The notes under the pieces: model-generated
What the model was told of the DNA's origin: nothing
The model's database searches: none
What the model saw: only the letters and a program-made list of their open reading frames with translations
Shown here: piece after piece, positions 20,865 to 29,566 of the stretch
Layout of the letters: each line of letters begins with the position of its first letter
Position numbering within the stretch: the first letter of the stretch is position 1
Translations under genes and position numbers: made by a program
NCBI RefSeq assembly: GCF_001194135.2
Contig: NC_069001.1
Location: 17,823,629-17,857,709 of the forward strand
Origin: Octopus bimaculoides
Taxonomy: Eukaryota
Direction: 5' to 3'
Length of the DNA: 34,081 bases

Positions 20865-22475
20865 TTGTTCGTTGTGGCTTCGGAAGGTGCACGTACGAGG
20901 GGCCAGGCTAGGAGGGAGGAAGTGTCCCTGGCCTTGATTGTGAGGATGCTGGAAGAACAGAAGGAGAGCTTCGCTGAACTCAGGAAAGAGCAACAGAGGT
21001 TGCAGGAGGATCACCGACAGTTTAGGGCGGAGTTACGCGGACTGAGCAGTGATGTCGCATGTTGTAAACAGCAGATGGAAAGGCTGGACAAGAGACTGGA
21101 GCGCGTTGAGAAATTTTGTGCTGCCGAGCCTGAGGTTGCTAAACCTGAAGAAGTTGCTGTTGCTGCGTCATCACGTGATACTCCGACGTCTGGATGCGGA
21201 ACTCCTGGAGTTCGAGGTAGCGGTGTGGTCCCGATTAGGAAGAAGCCACAAGAGGCGCTGGCTAGGGCTCTGGAGTTCGAGTCCTATGTGAAATCGAGCA
21301 CCGGAAATTTCCGGATGAGTGATAGCTCTGGATTCAAGGCAAGGAGAGTAAAAGTCCGTGAAGTTGAAGGACTTGGGAATAGTCAAAAACTTTGTGAGCG
21401 GAAGGAAGAGATGACTGGTGTGTGTTGTTGGCACTGTGGGAGAAGTGGACACAGGCGGCGGGACTGCTATAGTTGGCGGCGAGAGAAGAAACAGAACGAT
21501 AGAGCAGGGTCTGTTTTCAAGGGCGAGTGCTGGTGTTGCAAGAAACAGGGACACATGAGTTATGACTGCCCAACAAGAAATAAGGAGTCGGAAAAACTAA
21601 GAGGAGCTGGTGTTAAGGGGCAACCACCGACCAGACGTTCCAAAGGAGCCCCACACTCGAGACGGCATGCAAGGACTGTGATGGACAGCCTACGAGTGAG
21701 CGGAACAGTTAACGGTCGGACGTGTTCTCTAGTAATTGATTCGGCCTCGGGACAGACTTTTGTGAGGTCCGATGTGTTTCAGGATCTAAACCTGCCAGAG
21801 GCATCGCATCAGTTGTGTGGAGTGACCGGACATTGCACTGAGATGAGAGGGCCAGTTAATGTCCGGATCGATGTTGCTGGACTAGAAGTTGTGCTTCCTG
21901 TTTATGTGGTTGAAATGGAGGATCTGTGCATTTTAGGGTTGGACTATTTAACGTCCATGGCTTGTCATCTGGACTTGCGGTTAATGAAGCTTTCGGTACA
22001 GGGAAGATCGGTCCCTGTTAAGGTGGTAAGACGGACCACGCCTGGTAGCGAGGTAAGAGCGCTACGGACGACAGTGATACCACCGAGGTTGGAAAAGCTG
22101 CTCCAGTGTCGTGTGAGCAGCCCGATTGATGGCTGTCTGGGGCTGGTGGAGCCCGACAGACGAAGCAAGTTGAAAGCTGGAGTGAGGGTCGGACGAACCT
22201 TGGAAGCAGGAGCTGATAAAGTGTTGGATGTAGCAGCCAACTCTTCTGCAGTGGGACAGAAGATTTGTGAAGGACAAATCGTGGGACTGTGTCAGGCAGT
22301 GGACCATCGGCAGAGTCGGTTGCATTGTGCAGGAGAAGAAGTGCACAGTAAAAAGTGCAAACAGGCCACGGTGACTGGATGTGTGTCAACCGGAGAAGTG
22401 CAAAAGAATCGATTTAGGAGTTTGGAAAATGTTGTTTGCTTTTGTCGGGACGACAAAGAACTAGGGAAGGGGTAG
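20865..22475 (+). CDS. Retrotransposon Gag-protease ORF (536 codons open; first ATG at 20946)
   Basis: N-terminal coiled coil; two CCHC knuckles (CWHCGRSGHRRRDC, CWCCKKQGHMSYDC); retropepsin motifs VSGTVNG..LVIDSAS and CILGLDYL. No RT (YxDD), RNase H or integrase motifs. The stop codon abuts the 3' LTR. Confidence 0.85.
   Translation: MFVVASEGARTRGQARREEVSLALIVRMLEEQKESFAELRKEQQRLQEDHRQFRAELRGLSSDVACCKQQMERLDKRLERVEKFCAAEPEVAKPEEVAVAASSRDTPTSGCGTPGVRGSGVVPIRKKPQEALARALEFESYVKSSTGNFRMSDSSGFKARRVKVREVEGLGNSQKLCERKEEMTGVCCWHCGRSGHRRRDCYSWRREKKQNDRAGSVFKGECWCCKKQGHMSYDCPTRNKESEKLRGAGVKGQPPTRRSKGAPHSRRHARTVMDSLRVSGTVNGRTCSLVIDSASGQTFVRSDVFQDLNLPEASHQLCGVTGHCTEMRGPVNVRIDVAGLEVVLPVYVVEMEDLCILGLDYLTSMACHLDLRLMKLSVQGRSVPVKVVRRTTPGSEVRALRTTVIPPRLEKLLQCRVSSPIDGCLGLVEPDRRSKLKAGVRVGRTLEAGADKVLDVAANSSAVGQKICEGQIVGLCQAVDHRQSRLHCAGEEVHSKKCKQATVTGCVSTGEVQKNRFRSLENVVCFCRDDKELGKG
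22455..22475 (+). promoter_or_regulatory. Polypurine tract
   Basis: AAAGAACTAGGGAAGGGGTAG immediately before the TGATGC start of the 3' LTR. Confidence 0.8.
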
Positions 22476-23469
22476 TGATGCGACCACCGAAAAACAAATT
22501 AATGTTATATCCCTATCTCCCGAGCTGGGTCTGAAACCGTATTCTGGTTGTTGAGGATAATGGCATTTCCTTTGTCTTGTCAACAACCACAGCTATTTTT
22601 AGCGTAGATGTGATCGTTGACTCTTTCCGGTCACCAAAAGTTCAGAAAAACAAGTGAGGAATTGTACTGAACTGACCCAGCTTTGGGAGGGGGTAAGGTA
22701 GCACTGTAAAGCTACCGTATTTGTGATTAATACGACAGCGATATTNNNNNNNNNNNNNNNNNNNNNNNNNNNNNNNNNNNNNNNNNNNNGAGGCAGTTGG
22801 CCAGTCGGTTAGCCAGTGAAGATGTCCAGGAGTTGGATGAAGAACGTCAGCCAGTGAAGATGTCCAGTAGTTGGATGAAGAACGTCAGCCAGTGAAGATG
22901 TACAGCAGTTGATGTGAAAGCCAGTGGGTCAGCAAGATGAACAGAGAGACTGACAGTCAGAGGCTGAGAAAGAGAGAGGCTATGGGGAGAAAGTACCAGT
23001 CAACCGATAGAGACTGAGGCAATGAGAGAGAGAGACAGAGATGGAACTGTTGTGGAAGCCAAGAGATTGTAGTAGTCAGTTGGTCACTACTTTGTGGATT
23101 ATAGTAGGAGTTCTGAAAGAAAGGGAATTCGTGCGGTGAAGGTTTGTTTAAATATTCTTTAAAATGTACTTCGTCGATACATGTTTTAAAAGAAGAAAAG
23201 AACTGTTAACTTTTGTGTGATGTTAACTGAAAAGAAAAGAAAGAACTTTGTGACATGTTGTTAATGGAAAAGAAAAACAACGAAGTGAAAGAACTTTTAA
23301 TTCGACTTGATATATGAAAACCTTTCTATTGTTACACGTGCTTAGAACTTTATTGCTAAATGTTATTTGAATTGTTATGCAATGTATTGATGATGTAATG
23401 TTTTGATCATGTAAAAAGAAAAAAGTTAGTTCCACTACCCACGTATGGTCTCCGTGTTATTTCTTCCTC
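22476..23469 (+). repeat. 3' LTR (long form, over 990 bp, truncated by a gap)
   Basis: Matches both parts of the 5' LTR, separated by about 820 extra bp (22576-23396). Confidence 0.8.
22811..22910. repeat. 38-bp tandem repeat, about 2.6 copies, inside the 3' LTR
   Basis: AGCCAGTGAAGATGTCCAG(G/T)AGTTGGATGAAGAACGTC at 22811 and 22849, partial at 22887. Confidence 0.9.
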
Positions 23470-23591
23470 NNNNNNNNNNNNNNNNNNNNNNNNNNNNNNN
23501 NNNNNNNNNNNNNNNNNNNNNNNNNNNNNNNNNNNNNNNNNNNNNNNNNNNNNNNNNNNNNNNNNNNNNNNNNNNNNNNNNNNNNNNNNNN

Positions 23592-23625
<34 letters not shown>

Positions 23626-23626
23626 T

Positions 23627-23875
23627 GCGTGAAGGTGCATGGCCCACTGGTTAGAGCATCGAGCTTACGATCGTGAGGTTGTGAGTTCGAATCGCGGACC
23701 AGGCTGCGTGTTGTGTTCTTAAGCAAGACATTTTATTTCGCGTTGATCCAGTTCACTCAGCTGTAGAAATGAATTGCGACGTCACTGGTGCCAAGCCGTG
23801 TCGTCTTTTGCCTTTCCCTTGGATAATATTGGTGGTGTGGAGAGGGGAGGTCGGTATGCATGGGCGTCTGCTAGT
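23627..23875 (+). mobile_element. tRNA-derived SINE (third family)
   Basis: A-box-like TGGCCCACTGG (23640-23650), B-box GAGTTCGAATC (23683-23693), CORE-like TTAAGCAAGACATTTTA. Confidence 0.8.
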
Positions 23876-25014
23876 ATATATATATGTATGTATGTATGTA
23901 TGTATATACATATTCAATACAAAGGAAAACAGTTTCCTTTATAGGGATGGAAAAAACATCCAATTTTCCACTGGTTTTTCAGTGACTACCCAATATAGTA
24001 GAGAAAAACATTTCGCAACCCAAAAGGAGTGTATATTCAATATACAAAAATTAAAAGAAAATGGAGATTTACGATTGACATATTTTAAATATAATTTATT
24101 ATCGTAATATTATATTACAATAAATATAATATAATATATGAATAGAAATACAAATATTAATCCTACAAATTATTTCGATTCATATTCAATAATGAATTTA
24201 TAAAAAAATTCATATTTATGGGTATGAATCTATTCAGGAAAATATTTGACAAAATTAGACAAAATTAGACAAAATTACAAGAAAGGATTGTTACATATAA
24301 GAATAGACTACGTTAAATATATTTGTAAGTGTGAGCGTCAATAATTTAAAAATATAATTTTAAAAATTCAAATAAATTAAATAAATTAAAACTAGTATAA
24401 CGGTCAAAAATATTCTTGTGCACTTTTAATATATACTAATCTAATCTAAAAATCTTTCTGCCCATTATATTTCATATATAGAAAAAAATCTAAATAACAT
24501 GTTAAGAATTTATGGCGGAGTAGGAAATATCTTCTTTTATTCTTCATACTATTAGGAAAAATATATATTTTATTCAGACAAAATATTCAGAAAGATTCGT
24601 TAATCTCACAAAAAACGACGCCTTATTAAGAATGGCTAAATAGCAAAAATATAATTAAAATACTTTATCTTCCCTAGGCCAACGCTGAATAATATTATAA
24701 ATTACACTATATTAATTATTTATAATTACCTATACTAAAATTGCAATCAAATTAAAAATCAAATTAAAAATTTATTAAGAAAATAACTTTCGAAAAAAAT
24801 GAAACCCGTAAATATACGTTATAATAACATAATTATATTATTATGATAATATAAATTAACGAAAGTCATTAAAATAACCTTTAATCAACTATTTATTCAT
24901 TGAAAAGTTTATTCTAAATATGCCGATATTAAACAATTTTATGAAATTGCGATTATTTATTACCTATACTAATTCATACATAATAAATAAATAAATTATC
25001 AAAAATTTACTTAG

Positions 25015-25018
<4 letters not shown>

Positions 25019-25098
<80 letters not shown>
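25019..25098. repeat. (CA)n(TA)n compound microsatellite
   Basis: Read directly from the sequence. Confidence 0.95.
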
Positions 25099-25102
<4 letters not shown>

Positions 25103-25294
25103 CCACCCCACCACCCACACACACATATTACATTATCTATTAATTTATTTGATTTCTTATCAATTTATTTATGTATTAATTTATATTTCTTAATTAATTA
25201 ACGATCCATTAGGTAACATGCATATGAATTCAAATATATATAGAGAGATACTTACATATGCATATATATGTGTTTGTATGTGTGTGTATAGAAC

Positions 25295-26511
25295 ACAGGG
25301 TGCGGACGGTATTTGAGGACACATGCACTTTTAGTCTTTATTTTATTTGACTAATTTTTATTGAACTTCTATTTCAGAAAATAGCAATGACAGGCCCTAT
25401 GCTTGCTAATGAAATTAAAAGGCATGTTGTGATTGTGGTTTTGAAGGCTAAGCAGGGTGATTTAGAAATTTCTCGTTTTCTGAAATTTGCAAGATCTTAT
25501 GTTCACAAGAGTCAGTGTGAGTTAGAGAAAGAAGATGGAAACGTATTACCTATATCAAAACGTAAAAAAATTCCAAACGCTCTGATTCTATAAAGACACC
25601 TGAATTTATTAAGGGAGTTAAGCGAAACATTGAAGACAATCCAGGAAAATCAATGAGGTCAATTGCAAAAAATTTTCCTGTGTCACAAAAAGCAATCAGA
25701 AGTGTTGTGCATGAAGATATCAGATACAAATTTTACGTGATGAGGAGAGGTCAATTCATGTCAGAAAAAAATAAAAGAAAGCCGTTTAATCAGATCCAAA
25801 AGACTTTTGAAAAAACTTTAAAATCCATCAGAAGCTGGTGTGATTTGATTTTTCTCAGATGAGAAAAACTTTGACCAGGACCAGAAAACTAACAGAAGAA
25901 ATGACAGATGGCTATGTGAGGTTCCAAAATTTCCTGCAAGTGTCATGGTTTTGGGTGTTGTTAGCAATGAAGGACATTTGATGCCGCCTCGCTTTTTTCC
26001 ACAAGGCCTTAGGGTGAATGCCACTGCGTATATTAAGGTTCTGGATAAAGTTGTTAAGCCTTGGATCAACAGTGTACGGAATGGAAGGCCTTATGTCTTT
26101 CAACAAGATTCTGCACCATCACACAAGGCTCAAATGACACAAGTATGGATGGCCGACAATTTGCATGATCACATAACCTCTAACATTTGGCCTACTAATT
26201 CTCCAGATCTCAATCCACTAAACTACTATATAGAGAGCATCGTTGAGAAAAGTGTCAATGAACACCCATGACACCAAAGATTCTTTGAAAGCCGATATGA
26301 ACAAGGACCACTTAATCCGAGCTTGTAAACGATTTCGATCCCGCGTGGAGGCGGTTATTAATGCCTATGGTGATTTTATTGAATTAAATTATTAAATTGA
26401 TAATTTAGCTTTATGTTTATATTATTTTTATAAAAATACACTTTTATTCTGTTATCATATAAGCATTTTTTAAAAACATAAATCTGTCCTCAAATACCGT
26501 CCGCATCCTGT
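25295..26511 (+). mobile_element. maT/DD37D (Tc1/mariner superfamily) transposon, full-length and decayed
   Basis: 27-bp TIRs ACAGG(G/A)TGCGGACGGTATTTGAGGACA at 25295-25321 and 26485-26511, with 1 mismatch. Confidence 0.92.
25387..26390 (+). pseudogene. DD37D transposase pseudogene
   Basis: FSDEKNF, VMVLGVVSNEG, FQQDSAPSH and WPTNSPDLNPLNY; 37 residues lie between the second D and the third position (here N). Several frameshifts. Confidence 0.9.
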
Positions 26512-26697
26512 TTGTATACATATATATATATATATATATATTTCAATACGGAGCAAATAATTCAGGGGGAAAAATATTTGCGAAGATGTTAAAAATGATA
26601 ATAACAGAATCAATGATATAGGCGATTGCAGGACCCCAAAAAGCATTAAATAGCTGAAGGATTAAGAATTAATCGAAGGACATACAAGGTATGTCTA

Positions 26698-26985
26698 CCT
26701 GCTGGAAATAACAGTCAAAACTCTTATTTAAATCGTCAGAATACACTGATAATAACTACAGAAATCAACCGTCTGAAAGCAAACGACCTCTCCATCATAG
26801 TAAGGCGTGCTGAGGAAGGTGAGGCTGTAATACCAGTCCAGAAACCTGTCCACGTGAGCCCAAATACTTGAATGTATACCGAGAGATTGTCTTAGTCCGT
26901 TTGCCTTCAGACGTTTGATTTCTGTAGTTATTATCAGTGCATTTTGGCGATATAAATATGAGTTTTGACAGTTATTTCCAGCAGG
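26698..26985. mobile_element. 288-bp MITE-like palindrome with 88-bp arms
   Basis: 26698-26785 versus the reverse complement of 26898-26985 shows 8 mismatches. The right end GGG|TTAG resembles a piggyBac GGG|TTAA end. Confidence 0.8.
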
Positions 26986-27149
26986 GTTAGAAAAGAAATT
27001 CTCGTTATAATCTTTTAATGTTTCATCATCAAGATCATAATCATTCATAATTTTCTTAGCTTCCAAGTTAATGGATCTTAAAACAATCCTTTCTTGTAAT
27101 TTTGTCTAATTTTGTCAAATATTTCCCTGAATAGATTGTTTATATCTGG

Positions 27150-27372
27150 GGTATCTATATGTGTTTTTGTGTTTATCCCCCGCCACCGCTAGACAACCGG
27201 TGTTGGTTTCTTTGCGTCCCCATAAATTAGCTGTTCAGCAAAGAAGACTGACAGATAACTAGCAGACTTTAAAAGCAAAATAAGTTCTTGGATCGATTTG
27301 TTCAATTAAACCCTTCAAAGCGTTGCCCCAGCATGGCCGCAGTCCAGTTACTGAAACAAGATAAAAGATAAA
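27150..27372 (+). mobile_element. SINE 3' half (family of 6728/13981)
   Basis: CGCTAGACAACCGGTGTTGG..CCCCAGCATGGCCGCAGTC..ACTGAAACAAGATAAAAG. Confidence 0.75.
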
Positions 27373-27729
27373 CGTTTGTTTAGGTTGACAAGATGATAAA
27401 AGTTTTTTAAAGAATCATCCAAATTTTTTTAAACATGTAAACATTGTCCATCGCTTTTACAACTTCATAGGTGCGCCCCTTCACTGTGAGAGATATGGCT
27501 GTAAGATACTGAAGGTAAACGAACAGTCTACACTCACCAGACTACACCCTCACCCCTTTGTATAATACCTCTGGGGCATCGTAAAAGGTTGCCAAACGGG
27601 TTGACATGCAAAAGCCGTGAGAATAGGGCCAAGTTGTTTGTAATTTTGTAAAACAAAAAATACTGGAATAGTTTTGTATTCATGTTTGTCTATTTCTCCT
27701 TCCACTCTTTCGCATACAACACGCACACA

Positions 27730-27892
27730 CTACATACACACATACATACATACATACATACGCATACATAGACACACACATACATACACACACACATACA
27801 GACATACGTTCGTGCATATATACATACATACCCCCGTACATACATACATACATACATACATACATACATACATGCATGCATTCATACATACA

Positions 27893-27926
<34 letters not shown>

Positions 27927-27940
27927 CATACGTACGTACA
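27730..27940. repeat. (TACA)n-rich microsatellite
   Basis: Read directly; similar tracts occur at about 8395-8520, 16205-16330 and 28530-28624. Confidence 0.9.
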
Positions 27941-29064
27941 TACTTAGAAACAATAGCCAGGAGTTAATGTAAAAGGAACTTGTTTGAAAGTAATCAAAAC
28001 AAAAAAAATAAAGAAATTGAGAGCATAGAAAGATTTTAAAAACCGCAAGAGAACCCTTCCCTCTCAACCCCTAACCCCTAAAGAAAGGGTGGGGGAAAAA
28101 CCTAAATTATGTAAACAATGAACAATAGCGTGTTGAATACGAACCTGGAACTCTTGGTTTTTGTATACTGAAAGAAGTCAACAATGGCAATAAAAACACA
28201 ACTCGACTCTTTTGTATCATAATTAACATACTGACTTCAGTGTTGTTGAGCAATTTGTATTACACACGCACACATACATACACATATATAAGTATTTATG
28301 TGAGTATATGCTTTTTTATGTTTAATTATTGTTGCTATGTATGAATTTCCACGGCGAGGCAGGGTGGTGTGGTAAGGTGCAGTGGTGCGGCTTACTGGTT
28401 TCAATGTTGAGATCTTCAGAAAATTGACAGCAAAGAAAAATAATGGAATCCCATATACCGGTGCGTGTGTGTGTGTATGTGTGTGTGTGTGAATGTATAC
28501 TTACGCCCACCTACTCATATACCACACACACACACACGTACATACATACATACATATATACATACATACATACATACATACATACATACATACATACATA
28601 CATACATAAATATATATATATATANNNNNNNNNNNNNNNNNNNNNNNNNNNNNNNNNNNNNNNNNNNNNNNNNNNNNNNNNNNNNNNNNNNNNNNNNNNN
28701 NNNNNNNNNNNNNNNNNNNNNNNNNNNNNNNNNNNNNNNNNNNNNNNNNNNNNNNNNNNNNNNNNNNNNNNNNNNNNNNNNNNNNNNNNNNNNNNNNNNN
28801 NNNNNNNNNNNNNNNNNNNNNNNNNNNNNNNNNNNNNNNNNNNNNNNNNNNNNNNNNNNNNNNNNNNNNNNNNNNNNNNNNNNNNNNNNNNNNNNNNNNN
28901 NNNNNNNNNNNNNNNNNNNNNNNNNNNNNNNNNNNNNNNNNNNNNNNNNNNNNNNNNNNNNNNNNNNNNNNNNNNNNNNNAAATACGACATTGCACTAAT
29001 ATATATAATAGATTACTGACCACTACATTTATATTTTTTTTCTCTCCTTGTTTCTTTCTGTGTT

Positions 29065-29103
29065 CCTTTCTGTTGAAGAGCGTAGGCTCGAAACGTTAAA
29101 GAC
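29065..29103 (+). ncRNA. Hammerhead-like motif with a variant core (CUGUUGA)
   Basis: CTTT-CTGTTGA-A-GAGC(GTAG)GCTC-GAA-ACGT-T-AAAG: stem I CTTT/AAAG, 4-bp stem II and palindromic ACGT stem III. Confidence 0.45.
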
Positions 29104-29479
29104 TTTCTCTACTCCCGAGCGTTATACTAATACATCCATTTTTTGTTTACACCACCTGTCTTCGTCTGTTGTTTTTTCGTAAATTCTCCCATATATATAG
29201 AGAGAGAGAGGGGGGGAAGGAGAGTATTATTAACTTTTGCTTACTTCGATTTTCCATTAAAATAATTTAAATGATCTGATGAGCTTGTCCTGCCTTGATT
29301 TTTTTGTTTTTCCTTCCTTTAATTTATACCCGCTGACTTGCAAGTAGGCTACGGATTCCCAACTCCATCCCCCGGTGTGAACTTGGATCCTAGTAGCTTA
29401 ACAGTTGGAACACTCACACAGCGTACCAGTGGCCTAAACTATTCCTATTCTCTGTATATAGGTATGTATGTATATGTAT

Positions 29480-29481
<2 letters not shown>

Positions 29482-29560
<79 letters not shown>
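29482..29560. repeat. (TG)n microsatellite, about 39 units
   Basis: Read directly from the sequence. Confidence 0.95.

Positions 29561-29566
<6 letters not shown>

Larger units (their letters stand above)
20510..23591 (+). mobile_element. Non-autonomous Ty3/Gypsy-type LTR retrotransposon (Gag remnant plus protease only), inserted in (TA)n; 3' end lies in a gap
   Basis: 5' LTR TGATGC..TAACA at 20510-20819, PBS, single ORF, PPT, and 3' LTR starting TGATGC at 22476. (TA)n on both flanks. Confidence 0.9.

Noticed and set aside
21049-22389. Alternative-frame and antisense ORFs within the Gag-protease ORF
   Set aside because: Expected shadow ORFs of a GC-richer coding region, with no motifs.
22811-22910. 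Possible origin of the 29-bp satellite from the LTR 38-bp repeat (shared AGTTGG and AGAACG)
   Set aside because: Only two 6-mers are shared with different spacing, which is not significant.
23627-23705. Possible tRNA gene (A and B boxes)
   Set aside because: There is no acceptor-stem closure and it continues into a SINE body, so it is a SINE head.
28390-28425. Minus-strand CTGAAGA-TCTCAACATT-GAAAC-CAGTA hammerhead-like string
   Set aside because: Stem II cannot pair and stem I is negligible; at best a very eroded relic.
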